Shown in pieces: positions 1 to 10,300 of a stretch of DNA of 56,678 bases; within the stretch, counting starts at the first letter, position 1; each line of letters starts with the position of its first letter. The notes under the pieces are model-generated. The model was not told the DNA's origin and searched no databases. It saw only the letters and a list, made by a program, of their open reading frames with translations. Source of the DNA: Pseudomonadota bacterium (GTDB lineage: Bacteria; Pseudomonadota; Alphaproteobacteria; SHVP01); NCBI GenBank assembly GCA_022566715.1, contig JADFIH010000003.1:1-56678 (forward strand), written 5' to 3'. The translations under genes and the position numbers were made by a program.

Positions 1-1
1 C

Positions 2-193
2 CGGGCGACCGCGGACTCTAATGCGCCGATGGTCAGCATTACCCATTTCATGAATCGCGACGGCCAGTTTCTGGCCTCGGTCTCGCCCCGGCGGTTCTTC
101 TGCACCCAATGCCACGTGACGCAGCAGGTGACCAAGCCCCTGGTCGGCAACGATTTCATCGACATCGACTCGATCCTCTCGGACCAGAACTAG
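2..193 (+). CDS. napB: Periplasmic nitrate reductase diheme cytochrome c subunit, 3' fragment (5' end outside window)
   Basis: Frame from nt 2 reads [32 protein letters not shown]...; CxxCH plus the NapB-typical SPRRxFCxQCHV motif; TAG at 191-193; directly upstream of napC. Not in the ORF track because it has no start. Confidence 0.92.
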   Translation, partial: RATADSNAPMVSITHFMNRDGQFLASVSPRRFFCTQCHVTQQVTKPLVGNDFIDIDSILSDQN

Positions 194-218
194 GCCTGGG
201 CGGACCGGGGAAACAGCA

Positions 219-809
219 ATGTGGTCGCTCGCCAAGGTGTATTGGGACGTGTTGCGGCGCCCCAGCGTTCACTTCAGCCTCGGCTTCCTGACTTTCGGCG
301 GTTTCATCGGCGGCATCATCTTCTGGGGCGCCTTCAACACCGCCCTCGAGATCACCAACACCGAGACGTTCTGCGTGAGTTGTCACGAGATGTACGACAA
401 CGTTTTCCAGGAACTGAAGCCGACCATCCACTACACCAACCGATCGGGCGTCCGCGCGACTTGCCCCGACTGCCACGTGCCGCACGAGTGGACCAACAAG
501 ATCGCGCGCAAGATGCAGGCCTCCAAGGAGGTCTGGGGCATGATTTTCGGCACCATCAACACGCGCGAGAAGTTCCTCGTCATGCGGCGCGAGTTGGCCG
601 AGCGCGAATGGACCCGCCTGAAGGCGAACAACTCGCTGGAGTGCCGCAACTGCCACGAATTCGACTACATGGACTTCACCCGGCAGAGCCCGCGCGCGGC
701 TAGCGCGCATGAGGAGTTCCTGGTCAGCGGCGAGAAGACCTGCATCGACTGCCACAAGGGCATCGCCCACGAACTCCCCGACATGACCGGCGTGCCCGGC
801 TGGCAGTAG
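219..809 (+). CDS. napC: NapC/NirT tetraheme cytochrome c
   Basis: N-terminal TM helix, four CxxCH motifs (CVSCH, CPDCH, CRNCH, CIDCH), C-terminal KGIAH; follows napB. Confidence 0.96.
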   Translation: MWSLAKVYWDVLRRPSVHFSLGFLTFGGFIGGIIFWGAFNTALEITNTETFCVSCHEMYDNVFQELKPTIHYTNRSGVRATCPDCHVPHEWTNKIARKMQASKEVWGMIFGTINTREKFLVMRRELAEREWTRLKANNSLECRNCHEFDYMDFTRQSPRAASAHEEFLVSGEKTCIDCHKGIAHELPDMTGVPGWQ

Positions 810-990
810 GGCGGCGGAACGCCTTATCTCCGGTTACGGCTGAGAAGAGCGGCGTCGGGGGGCGGGCCTTCTTTGGTATTCCGGTTGCGCCGCTGGGGAA
901 CCTGTCCCTCGGCGATGCGCGGGAACCGAAACACGGCCAGAAGAGGAGCGGGGCCCTTGGCCCCGCGTCGTTCCATGGGCCCTGTCTTTT

Positions 991-1986
991 CTAACGATCC
1001 CAAATTTCCCTCAAAATTTTCTCCTGCTCGTCGTCGCGGGCGCGGCCGCTTTTCGTGCCGTGCATGATTTGACCGGCGAGTTTTCCGGCCCTGAAAGCGA
1101 TCCCTTGTTTGCCTCCCTCCCGCACCGGCTGGCCGGGATCAAGGGCGGGCGACGCGCGGCCGCCGACGGCCCCGGCCGCACCGCGGTTCCTCGGCGGACG
1201 TCCGGCCAGCGTTCGACTCCGTGCGATCGGAACCGGCACCAGTTGACGCGGCCGGATCGGACCGATGACGCGCCCGTTGGCGACCGGCGGACCAATCTCG
1301 AGTTCCCCGGTGCGTTCCGTCATGCCTGTCACGCGCCGCGGTGGGCGCGGCCGGCCCAAGAGGTTGACCAGCACCAGTCCGCCCGCAAAGCCCCCGATAT
1401 GCGCCCACCACGCGATGCCGTCGGTTCCCGGGGCCGTGTTCAAAAGATCGGTGACGCCCTGGACGACCTGAATGGCGAACCACAGGACGGTGAACAGAAC
1501 CGCCGGCAGTTCGTGAATAAAGAGGCCGAAAAACACGATGCGGGACCTTGGGTGGAGAAGAGTGTAGGCGCCAAGTACCCCGGCGATGGCGCCGGACGCC
1601 CCCAGCGCCGGGATTGGCGATCCAAGGTTGGCGAAGAGATGGGCCAGGCTGGCGATGATGCCGCTTGCCAGGTAAAGAAGGACAAAACGCAGGACACCCA
1701 GACGTTGCTCGAGCGGCCTGCCGAAAACCCACAGGACCCACATGTTGAGCAGGAGATGCCACCAGCCCACATGCATGAACGCGTTCGTGATTAGGGCGGC
1801 CAAGGCTCCGAGCGTGATGCCGGTCGAATAGTTGGCCGGAACCAGGGCGTTGCGCAGGATGAACTCATGCGCCAGGTCGGGCGGCAGGGATTGCTGCAAC
1901 AGAAACACGACCACATTGGCGAGGATCAGTCCGACGACCACGCCGGGCGTCTCATGAATCGCGATGGAAGTGCGAATCGGGAACAT
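991..1986 (-). CDS. Rhomboid-family intramembrane serine protease with ~110-aa soluble C-terminal extension
   Basis: HxxxxHLLLNM, catalytic GASG and WWAHIGGF motifs, multiple TM segments. Confidence 0.92.
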   Translation of the reverse strand: MFPIRTSIAIHETPGVVVGLILANVVVFLLQQSLPPDLAHEFILRNALVPANYSTGITLGALAALITNAFMHVGWWHLLLNMWVLWVFGRPLEQRLGVLRFVLLYLASGIIASLAHLFANLGSPIPALGASGAIAGVLGAYTLLHPRSRIVFFGLFIHELPAVLFTVLWFAIQVVQGVTDLLNTAPGTDGIAWWAHIGGFAGGLVLVNLLGRPRPPRRVTGMTERTGELEIGPPVANGRVIGPIRPRQLVPVPIARSRTLAGRPPRNRGAAGAVGGRASPALDPGQPVREGGKQGIAFRAGKLAGQIMHGTKSGRARDDEQEKILREIWDR

Positions 1987-2037
1987 GGCCGCGCTAAACG
2001 GGTGGCGCCCCGCGAGGCCGGGGAATATTGAACCTCA

Positions 2038-2484
2038 TCACCCTTGCTCCACTTTCAACATCGAGCCGTCGACCTTTACGATTTTGACGCGGGCCCCGGA
2101 GTCCAGGTCCGGTCCCTCGATCGTCCAAATCGTGTCGTCGATGGAAAGCTTTCCGCGGCCCCCGACGATCGGGTCGACCAGCGTGAATTGGCGGCCGACG
2201 TACTGCTCGCCCCGTCGATTGAGGGGCGCGCCCGTCGATTTGGCGGGGAATCTCTTGATGTAGTATCGGCCGGCCACGGCGCACACAACGGTCAGCGCCG
2301 CGAAAAGAAGCACGGAGAATTCCCAACCGACGTCGGCGAAAATAAGCACGATGAGACCGACGATGGCGGCCGCGATTCCCGGCCAAAGAAGAACCGCGCT
2401 GGGCGCAAACATCTCGATGGTGATGAGTACCGCGCCCAGCACCCACCAGTGCCAAAACACGATGCTGTCAAGGACGCTCGACAT
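2038..2484 (-). CDS. Short NfeD-family (YbbJ-like) membrane protein with C-terminal OB fold
   Basis: FWHWWVLG...EMFAP start, LNRRGEQYVGR and IDDTIW motifs; 5 nt downstream of the SPFH gene. Confidence 0.9.
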   Translation of the reverse strand: MSSVLDSIVFWHWWVLGAVLITIEMFAPSAVLLWPGIAAAIVGLIVLIFADVGWEFSVLLFAALTVVCAVAGRYYIKRFPAKSTGAPLNRRGEQYVGRQFTLVDPIVGGRGKLSIDDTIWTIEGPDLDSGARVKIVKVDGSMLKVEQG

Positions 2485-2489
2485 GGCCT

Positions 2490-3476
2490 TTACTCGGTTT
2501 CGGGCACGTGCTGGGGCTGCCGCCGCCTGCGGCGGGCCGGCGGGGCCGCGCCCGGAGGACCGTCGTCTCCGAATGCTTCGCGGGCAATCTCGCCGATACC
2601 GGCGATCGCCGCGAGGACGCCCGTCGTTTCCAGCGGCATGAAGAGCGTCTTCATGTTGGGGCCGTCGGCAAAATGCTTCAACATTTCGACGTATTTCTGG
2701 GCGACAAAATAGTTGATCGCTTGCACGTCCCCCTTCGCGATGGCTTCGGACACCACTCGGGTGGCGGTCGCCTCGGCTTCGGCCTCGCGCTCGCGCGCCT
2801 CGGCGTCGCGGAACGCCGCATCCTTACGGCCTTCAGCCGCCAAGATTATGGCCTGCTTCTCACCTTCGGCCTTCAGGATCTCCGCTTGCCGAAAACCTTC
2901 CGCTTCGAGAATGTTCGCGCGCTTTTCACGCTCGGCCTTCATCTGACGGGCCATGGCGTTGACGATATCGGTGGGGGGTTCGATGTCCTTGATTTCAACC
3001 CGCGTGACCTTGACGCCCCATGGGTTTGTCGCGGCATCGATAACTTCGAGCAGCCGCGCATTGATGATGTCCCGTTTCGACAAAAGCTCATCCAGGTCCA
3101 TCGATCCCATCACGGTCCGCAAGTTGGTCATCGTGAGATTTAGGATGCCGTTGTGCAGGTCCGTCACCTCGTAGGCCGCCTTCGGCGCATCGACGACCTG
3201 AAAGAAGATGATGCCATTCGCGGTGACCATCGCGTTGTCCTTGGTGATCACCTCCTGCCTGGGAACATCAATGACTGTTTCCTTCATGTTCATCTTGGCG
3301 CCGACCCGGTCGACGACGGGCATGATCATATGAAATCCGGGGTGAAGAAGGCGCGTAAACCGGCCAAACCGCTCGACCGTGTACTCCATGCCCTGGGGTA
3401 CGGCCTTGACCGACATGAAGATCAGAACAACCGACAAAACAAGAATCGCGATAACGAAAATCGATAATCCTGCCAT
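2490..3476 (-). CDS. qmcA: SPFH/band-7 stomatin-like protein (QmcA/paraslipin type)
   Basis: ERFGRF, QEVITKDNA, NLRTVMGSMDLDELLS, WGVKVTRVEIKDI, QMKAEREKRA motifs; start moved to ATG 3476 (GGAG upstream, TM helix follows). Confidence 0.92.
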   Translation of the reverse strand: MAGLSIFVIAILVLSVVLIFMSVKAVPQGMEYTVERFGRFTRLLHPGFHMIMPVVDRVGAKMNMKETVIDVPRQEVITKDNAMVTANGIIFFQVVDAPKAAYEVTDLHNGILNLTMTNLRTVMGSMDLDELLSKRDIINARLLEVIDAATNPWGVKVTRVEIKDIEPPTDIVNAMARQMKAEREKRANILEAEGFRQAEILKAEGEKQAIILAAEGRKDAAFRDAEAREREAEAEATATRVVSEAIAKGDVQAINYFVAQKYVEMLKHFADGPNMKTLFMPLETTGVLAAIAGIGEIAREAFGDDGPPGAAPPARRRRRQPQHVPETE

Positions 3477-3710
3477 GAAGAAGGTCTCCGTTAATTTGGC
3501 GTGAGGAGGTCGGGATCGAATTGAGCGGCGTAAGGGGAACGGTGGGATGTCGCGGCGCGCGCGGAAACGGTCCTGCCGTCCGTTCCGTCGCCGTGCGTTG
3601 CCCCCATAACGTGCAATATATAGGGATTCCATCCCTCCGGAAAAAGGGACCGCCTAGGAAAACTCATGGACTTCCTTGCGAGTCCGTCGCGCCGCGCCGT
3701 TCCATGGAGC

Positions 3711-4814
3711 CTATTTCTGGGCGCCGCAGGCCCACCAGACGCCGTCGCCGGAGCGGTTCTTCAAGTAGGTATCGAAGGTCTTCTCGCGCGCGAAACCCGC
3801 CTCGACCAAGGGCTTGATCACGTCCATGTCGTGCAGCTTGCCCCAGAAGGGCTCGTTGTTGAAATGGGTGCTCCAGTCCCGGTACCACTCCGTATAGAGG
3901 TCGAGGTCCTTGTTGCGCAGCGGCACGTCGAGGTGAACCGCCACGCCGCCGGGCCGCAGGATGCGGTGACAATCTTTCATGATGTTGCGCAAAGCCGCCG
4001 CCGAGGTTTCGTGCAACATGATGTTGGAGACGACGAGATCGAAGGACTCGTCGGGAAAATCCGTGTGCTCCGCGTTCTGTTGGCTGAAATGGACGGCGAG
4101 CCCCATGTCCTCCATGCGGCGGTGCCCATAGCGCACCATGCCGGCGCTGACCTCGATGGCGTGAAGCTCGGCGCCGGGGAATTCCTTCGCCATGACCGGC
4201 AGGCAACCGCCGATGGAGCTGCCTTCGTCGAGAATTTTCCTGGGCTTCAGGCCGGGGTAGGTGGTCTTGACGAAATCGGCGATATTCTGCGCCGGGTTGC
4301 CGCTCGCCGGGTGGCCCTGGCCCCTGCCATAGAGCAGCATGCCCTGCTCGTAGAAAGCGCCGGCCGAGACATCGTCATCGGATTGGTCGAGGCCGTAGCC
4401 ACCCGGCTGGCCGTGAATGTGCACCGCGGTCAGGTAACGCGGCATCTCGAGCTTGGGGTCGAGACGCAGGGAGCCGAGCTTGCGGCCCTTGACCTTCGCC
4501 CGTTTGTTGAGCTCGGGTAATTGCCGGTCCACCTTCGTTTCCGAGGATTCCCACATCAGGTGTTGGGCGGTGCGCCAGAGCGAGCCCCACATCTGGAAGT
4601 AATCCTCCTCCAGCATTTGGCGGCGCACTTCGTGGCGGTCCTTCGGGGGCCGGCCATGCACTTTTTCGAAGGCGGGCACCGCACGTTTCTCATAGACCGT
4701 CTTCAGCCCCGGCGCCATGCCGAGGTTGATGTGCAGCTTGAGGCTCAGGACGAACGCATCCCGCGCGCCCTCGTCGTGGTTTGCCTCCAGGTGGAGGTAA
4801 TTCTGGTCAGGCAT
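3711..4814 (-). CDS. Class I SAM-dependent methyltransferase-fold protein, paralogue 1
   Basis: KILDEGSSIGG motif I variant, QQNAEHTDFPDESFDLVVSNIMLHE, RILRPGG; long N-terminal domain (HDE-x-AR-xx-FVLSLK) shared with 6165..7304; GGGAGG RBS. Confidence 0.85.
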   Translation of the reverse strand: MPDQNYLHLEANHDEGARDAFVLSLKLHINLGMAPGLKTVYEKRAVPAFEKVHGRPPKDRHEVRRQMLEEDYFQMWGSLWRTAQHLMWESSETKVDRQLPELNKRAKVKGRKLGSLRLDPKLEMPRYLTAVHIHGQPGGYGLDQSDDDVSAGAFYEQGMLLYGRGQGHPASGNPAQNIADFVKTTYPGLKPRKILDEGSSIGGCLPVMAKEFPGAELHAIEVSAGMVRYGHRRMEDMGLAVHFSQQNAEHTDFPDESFDLVVSNIMLHETSAAALRNIMKDCHRILRPGGVAVHLDVPLRNKDLDLYTEWYRDWSTHFNNEPFWGKLHDMDVIKPLVEAGFAREKTFDTYLKNRSGDGVWWACGAQK

Positions 4815-4962
4815 GGCGGCCTCCCAACGGGTGCAGGTTCAGCGGAAAAATACTAACATAGTTGAGCGCGCCAGGGAGAAGCCCCTGGGCCGGCGCTGGT
4901 CATGGGGCCCGCCACCCGGTGGACTTCGATGACACGGTTGATTCTTGGGGCAGGGAGATTTC

Positions 4963-6159
4963 ATGGCGCGGGACCGGGTGATTATTGCGGGCGCGGGGCC
5001 GGTGGGACTGGTCGCCGCATTGAGGTTGGCGAGCGGGGGCGTGCCGGTCCTTGTGTTGGAAGCCGGGGACGATCTCGCCATCGACCTGCGCGCTTCGACC
5101 TTCCACCCGCCGACCCTCGACATGCTCGATGAGTTCGGCGTTACCGCGAAACTCATCGAGATCGGCCTCGTCGCGCCAAAATGGCAGTTCCGGGACCGCG
5201 AATCGGGCGAGCGGGCGGAGTTCGATCTCGGCGTCCTGAGCGATGTCACGGAGCATCCCTACCGGGTGCAGTGCGAGCAACACAAGCTCACGCGCATCAT
5301 CCACGACATGATCAAGGATTGGGACAACGTCGAGGTTCTATTCGGCGCGAAACTCAAGGCCATGAGCCAGGACGGGGAGGGGGTTCGTGTCACGGCCGAG
5401 ACGGATGGCAAGGACGAGGTCTTCGAGGGCGCCTATTTGATCGGCGCGGACGGAGCCAGCAGCGCCGTCCGCATTGGTCTCGGCATCGGCTTCGAGGGCA
5501 TCACCTACCCGGAGCTTTTCGTTCAGGCGAGCACGCCGTTTCCATTCCACGAGCACATCCCCAACATGTCGCTCATCAATTACGTTTCCGATTCCGAGGA
5601 GTGGTACGTGCTTCTCAAGGTTCCGGATTTGTGGCGCACCCTGTTCCCGACGCGCCAGGGCGAGGACGAAGAGTACGCCGTGTCGGAGGAGGGGTTGCAG
5701 AAACGCCTGCAGGGCATACTGCCCCGGGACGAGCCCTATGACATCGTCCACCGCACGCTCTACCGTATTCATCAGCGCGTCGCGAGCACCTACCGCATGG
5801 GGCGCATCTGTCTCGCCGGTGACGCCGCGCACCTCAACAATCCGCTCGGCGGCATGGGCATGAACGGCGGCATCCACGACGCCTGGAACCTGACCGGCAA
5901 ACTTCTGAGCATCCTGAAGGGCGAGGAGGACGAGAGCGTCTTGGACCGGTACACCCGCCAGCGCAAACCCATCGCGGTGGAGAACGTTCAGGCCCAGGCG
6001 GAACGGAACCGGCAGCTCCTGAACGAGCGCGATCCGAAGGTCCGCCGGAAGAGCTTTCGCGAGATGCAGGAGACGGCGAACGACCCGGAGAAGGCGCGCC
6101 CGTTCCTCCTGCGGTCGTCGATGATCGAGGGCCTGCGCCGCTCGGAAAGCATCGAGTAG
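4963..6159 (+). CDS. FAD-dependent monooxygenase (aromatic-ring hydroxylase family, group A)
   Basis: GAGPVG, GADGASSAVR and GDAAHLNNPLGGMGMNGGIHDA fingerprints; ATG 4963 preceded by GGGAG. Confidence 0.9.
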   Translation: MARDRVIIAGAGPVGLVAALRLASGGVPVLVLEAGDDLAIDLRASTFHPPTLDMLDEFGVTAKLIEIGLVAPKWQFRDRESGERAEFDLGVLSDVTEHPYRVQCEQHKLTRIIHDMIKDWDNVEVLFGAKLKAMSQDGEGVRVTAETDGKDEVFEGAYLIGADGASSAVRIGLGIGFEGITYPELFVQASTPFPFHEHIPNMSLINYVSDSEEWYVLLKVPDLWRTLFPTRQGEDEEYAVSEEGLQKRLQGILPRDEPYDIVHRTLYRIHQRVASTYRMGRICLAGDAAHLNNPLGGMGMNGGIHDAWNLTGKLLSILKGEEDESVLDRYTRQRKPIAVENVQAQAERNRQLLNERDPKVRRKSFREMQETANDPEKARPFLLRSSMIEGLRRSESIE

Positions 6160-6164
6160 CGGCG

Positions 6165-7304
6165 CTAGTTTTCCTTCCGCGCGCCGAATAGGAACCAGTG
6201 CCCGGGGCCATCGACCTTGGGGCGGTCCAAGACTTCGATTGTTTGCTCGGGGAAACCCGCCGCCTCGAGCTCGGCGCGCGCGTCCATGGTGACGTAGACG
6301 GGCCAGCAAGGTTCGGCGTTGTGCCAGGTCTGCCAGTCGCCGACGAACTGGTCGAGCAGATCGAAGCGGTGGCGTTGGGCGGGAATGTCGAGGTGGAACA
6401 CGGCCCCGCCCGGCCGCAGAAGGCGGTGGCACTCCTCGAAAATTCGGGGCCCGCTCCGGCGCGACACCTCGTGAAATAGATTGTGCGACACGATCAGATC
6501 GAAGTGACCGTCGGGGAAGCCTGTTTCCTCCGCGTTGCGTTGCGAGAAGTGGACGGGAAAGCGCAGGGACTCCGCCCGCGCGTGCGCGTAACGCAGCAAC
6601 CCGGCGCCAATATCGATGGCGTGGACTTCCGCCTCGGGGAAGGCTTCGGCGTAGGGCACCGAGGCGCCGCCGGCCGAGCAGCCCATGTCGAGAATGCGGG
6701 TGGGTCTCAGGTTCGCGTGGTGCTCTTGCAGATAGCCGATGAGGCAACCCGCCTTGCTGTCATGCCGGCCGATGGCGACGCCGCGCGAATAGAGGTTGCC
6801 GCCGCTTTCGTACAGCGCGCCGGCGATAATATCGTCCGCGGACTCGTCTTGCTCATAGCCGCCCGGCTGTCCGTGAACATCGATATGTCCGATGTACTCC
6901 GGCATCTTGACCGATGGGTTCAGCATGAGGGAGCCGAGCTTCCGGTTGCTTGTGCGCAGTTTGCGGGCGAGGGTTTCCATGCGTGGCGCGGCGCGTTCGA
7001 TGCTGGCGCCAACCGCATGCCACATCAAATCTTGGGCCGACCGCGACAGGGCGCTCCACATTTGATGGAGCGGCTCGCGGGCCATGGGGTCGCGCAGGTC
7101 CTCGAGGGACGCGGGCGCCGCGCCATATTCTTTCTGAAAGGCGGGCAGGACGCGGTGTTCGAAGGCCGCTCTCGGCGCCTTGCCCAGGCCGCTCCGTAGG
7201 CTGCCCTTGAGGCTCAGCACGAACTTTTCCCGCGCCAGCTCGTCGTGGTCAGGCCGGGCCAGCATTTCGTGGGTCAGGGTTCGCGTGGCGGTCTTAAGGT
7301 GCAT
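6165..7304 (-). CDS. Class I SAM-dependent methyltransferase-fold protein, paralogue 2
   Basis: RILDMGCSAGG motif I, NAEETGFPDGHFDLIVSHNLFHE, RLLRPGG; alignable along its length to 3711..4814 (e.g. HGQPGGY, AGAxYE, NxEPxW). Start uncertain (7304 vs 7346). Confidence 0.85.
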   Translation of the reverse strand: MHLKTATRTLTHEMLARPDHDELAREKFVLSLKGSLRSGLGKAPRAAFEHRVLPAFQKEYGAAPASLEDLRDPMAREPLHQMWSALSRSAQDLMWHAVGASIERAAPRMETLARKLRTSNRKLGSLMLNPSVKMPEYIGHIDVHGQPGGYEQDESADDIIAGALYESGGNLYSRGVAIGRHDSKAGCLIGYLQEHHANLRPTRILDMGCSAGGASVPYAEAFPEAEVHAIDIGAGLLRYAHARAESLRFPVHFSQRNAEETGFPDGHFDLIVSHNLFHEVSRRSGPRIFEECHRLLRPGGAVFHLDIPAQRHRFDLLDQFVGDWQTWHNAEPCWPVYVTMDARAELEAAGFPEQTIEVLDRPKVDGPGHWFLFGARKEN

Positions 7305-7370
7305 GGGATGCGTCGCGCCGTTCCTGGAGTCCGAATGGTTTCCCAACGCGAGGGAAATAGCAAGCCGCGA

Positions 7371-9263
7371 TCAGTCGGGATTTGCTCGGGCTTGACCGCG
7401 TTCGTACCAGAGCACAAGGCCCGCGCCGGCGATGGATCCAATCAAGATCCAGGTTCCGTACGCGATGGAGTGCGTGGGGGCCAACAATCCGATCCCGAAC
7501 ACGAACAGGAGAAAACGTTGGGGAACGGCCAATGGGCGCATGAAGTATCCCCCCACCGCCAGGGACGCCAGCCAGACGCCGGCGACGGCTGTCACCGCGG
7601 TCAAAACGATCTCGCCCACCGATCCTTGCAGGAGAAGGCTTGGCGAGAGGACGAACAGGAACGGTACGATAAAGGCGGGCCAGCCGTAGCGTACGGCGGT
7701 CACGGCCACTTTCATGGGCGGGGCGCCCGCCATGTTCGCCGCCGTGAAGGCCGCGATGGCGACCGGCGGCGTAATCATCGACAAAAGCCCGAAATACAGC
7801 ACGAACATGTCCGCCGCGATCGGCGAAACCCCAAGTTGCCGAAGCGGGGGCGCCGCGAGCGTCGCGACGATCAGATAGATAGCGGTGGTCGGCATCCCCA
7901 TGCCGAGGATGATGCAGACGACTGCCGTCAAACCCAGAAGGCCGAACAGACTGCCTTGTCCCAGTTGCACGAGAAGGAACGTAAGGCCGAAGGAAAGTCC
8001 GGTGACCTCGATCACGCCGATGATCAGGCCCGCCATCGCGCCGATGATGATGATATCGACCGCGACCTTGCCGGTGCCGGTGAGGCTTTCCCAAATGTCC
8101 GCGATGCTGATGCGTTTGCCCTTGTACCCGAAGACAAGCGATACCAGGATGATGGTTCCCGACGCCCACAGGGCCGCCGTGTCGGGCCGCCGGTTCAGGA
8201 CGAAAAGCGTGAAGATCAGGACCACGAAGGGCAGCGCGAAATGCCAACCCTCCTTCAGGACGGGCCCCAGTTTTCGAATCTGATCTTCGGGGATCGGCGG
8301 AATCTTGAGCCGCGCCGCCTCCACATCGGCCTGAATGAATACGGCGATGTAGTAGAGCAACGACGGCAGAAGCGCGGCGATGATGATTTCCGAATAGGGC
8401 AGTTCCAGGCGCTCCGACATCAGAAACGCGGCGGCGCCCATGATCGGCGGCATGACCTGCCCGCCCGTGGACGCGACCGCCTCGAAGGCCGCGGCGGACG
8501 TTTTCGAATAACCGCCCTTGCGCATCAGGGGGATGGTCAGCACGCCGGTCGACGCGACGTTTGAAACCGCGCTTCCCGAGATCGATCCGAACAGGCCCGA
8601 GGCGATGACGGCGATTTTCGCGGCGCCGCCGCGCGAGCGGCCCGTGGCGGCGATGGCGAGGTCGGTAAACCACTCCGACCCGCCCGTGCGAAGCAGCAAT
8701 TGCCCGAGAAAGATGAAAACGACGACGATGCTGGTGATGATTTCAAGCGGCAGGCCGAACAGGGCGTTCAGGTCGATGCCCAGGTAGGAGAATAGCTTCG
8801 GAAATGACTGCGCCCGCCCCTCGAGGTGCCCGGGCACCTTGTCGGCGAGCAGGCCGTAGATCAGGAATGTGCCCAGGATGGAGACCAGGACCAGCCCCGC
8901 CGTCCGGCGCAGGGCCTCGATCACCAGGGGAATGATCACAAGGCCGACCAAAAAAGTTTCGGTCTGGCGGTAAAAGAATTCGCCCGACAACACCGGGTAG
9001 CGAACCGCCACATATATCCCGGCGGCGAGACCGACGGCGGCGAGTATGAGGTCGAGCACGGGAACTCGCTCGCGCGCCCCTCCCCGGAATGGCCGCGTGA
9101 GGTAAACGATCGCCAGTGCAAGCCCGAGGACGACGCCAAGCGCCTGCTGGGTGAAGATCGAGACCCTCAGGAAAAACGGAATATTACCGGCGATGCCCAG
9201 GACGATGAGGGTGAGTACGGCGCCAAGCAAAAGCGGCGCGTGTCTGGTCAGCCAGGTGGGCAC
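7371..9263 (-). CDS. TRAP transporter fused 4TM/12TM permease (TAXI type)
   Basis: Highly hydrophobic; GSISGSAVSNVASTG, EAVASTGGQVMPPIMGAAAFLM, GMGMPT, ITPPVA motifs. Confidence 0.93.
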   Translation of the reverse strand: MPTWLTRHAPLLLGAVLTLIVLGIAGNIPFFLRVSIFTQQALGVVLGLALAIVYLTRPFRGGARERVPVLDLILAAVGLAAGIYVAVRYPVLSGEFFYRQTETFLVGLVIIPLVIEALRRTAGLVLVSILGTFLIYGLLADKVPGHLEGRAQSFPKLFSYLGIDLNALFGLPLEIITSIVVVFIFLGQLLLRTGGSEWFTDLAIAATGRSRGGAAKIAVIASGLFGSISGSAVSNVASTGVLTIPLMRKGGYSKTSAAAFEAVASTGGQVMPPIMGAAAFLMSERLELPYSEIIIAALLPSLLYYIAVFIQADVEAARLKIPPIPEDQIRKLGPVLKEGWHFALPFVVLIFTLFVLNRRPDTAALWASGTIILVSLVFGYKGKRISIADIWESLTGTGKVAVDIIIIGAMAGLIIGVIEVTGLSFGLTFLLVQLGQGSLFGLLGLTAVVCIILGMGMPTTAIYLIVATLAAPPLRQLGVSPIAADMFVLYFGLLSMITPPVAIAAFTAANMAGAPPMKVAVTAVRYGWPAFIVPFLFVLSPSLLLQGSVGEIVLTAVTAVAGVWLASLAVGGYFMRPLAVPQRFLLFVFGIGLLAPTHSIAYGTWILIGSIAGAGLVLWYERGQARANPD

Positions 9264-9340
9264 GGGACCGTCATGGATGGTGATTTCCGAAAGGAAGCGC
9301 CCGGCGAAATCGTGCCGGGCGCCTTATGCGAAATCGATGC

Positions 9341-10300
9341 CTACGACGAAGGCCAGACGCCGGCTTCCTTATAGAATTTAATGGCGCCGGGGTGATAGGG
9401 CATGCCCTGATCCTTGGGCATTCCCTTCGAGGAATGGGTCCTCCAAAGGGGACCGAGCCCCTTGAAGTCGTCTTCGTTCTCGAACATGGCCTTGGTGACG
9501 TTGTAAACCACGTCATCCGATACGTTCTTGCCGGCCCAAAGCATGTAGTCGTAGGCCATGATGGTTGTGGGAGCCATAACTCCGGTTGCCCCTGGTCCGG
9601 GCGCGACTTCCAACAGGAACGTCTTCGGCGCCTGGGCGGCCAGCGCCGCCGCGTCCGCCGATTCGGTAGAGAGCGTAATGAAACGCACACCGCCTGACAC
9701 GGCCGCATTGGCGGCGTTCACGAAACCGGCGCCGATGGCGGCGATCACGGCGTCGATCTTGCCTTCCTTGAAGGCGTTGACGCCGGGCACGAGGCCGGTG
9801 ACGGGCACCTTCTCCACGTCGTCATAGGTCAGGCCGCCATTGGCGAGCATGGCGCTCAGCATATGGGCGAACAGCGGCGCGGAGCTATAGCCCGACGGCA
9901 GACGCTTGCCGCGAAGGTCGGCAATGCTGTGAATATCGGAATCGTTGCGGACCATGATGGCCGCGCGGAACACCATCAGCGTCGAGACCATCCGCAGGTT
10001 GTCGTTTACCCGGCCCTCGGAAATACCGGTGCCGGTATACGCCATGTAGGTCTGCATGACATTGGCGATTCCGAACTCGAGCTCTCCGGCGTTGACGATC
10101 GGAATATATTGCTGGGATCCGCCCATGGGTTGCGGACGCATCTGAAACCCCGCGTGCTCCGACACGACCTTCGCGATTCCCGCGGACACCTGTGCCGTCG
10201 CGCCCCCTTTGGTGGTGCCGATGCCGACGACTTGCGCGAAGGCGGGGCCCGAAATCAGGACCGCAGCCAACGCGCCAACGAAAAACTTTAATGCTTTCAT
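9341..10300 (-). CDS. TAXI-family TRAP solute-binding protein
   Basis: Signal peptide (AFA-Q), DLRGKRL, VYNVTKAMFEN, PYHPGAIKFYKEAG; directly upstream of the fused permease. Confidence 0.93.
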   Translation of the reverse strand: MKALKFFVGALAAVLISGPAFAQVVGIGTTKGGATAQVSAGIAKVVSEHAGFQMRPQPMGGSQQYIPIVNAGELEFGIANVMQTYMAYTGTGISEGRVNDNLRMVSTLMVFRAAIMVRNDSDIHSIADLRGKRLPSGYSSAPLFAHMLSAMLANGGLTYDDVEKVPVTGLVPGVNAFKEGKIDAVIAAIGAGFVNAANAAVSGGVRFITLSTESADAAALAAQAPKTFLLEVAPGPGATGVMAPTTIMAYDYMLWAGKNVSDDVVYNVTKAMFENEDDFKGLGPLWRTHSSKGMPKDQGMPYHPGAIKFYKEAGVWPSS

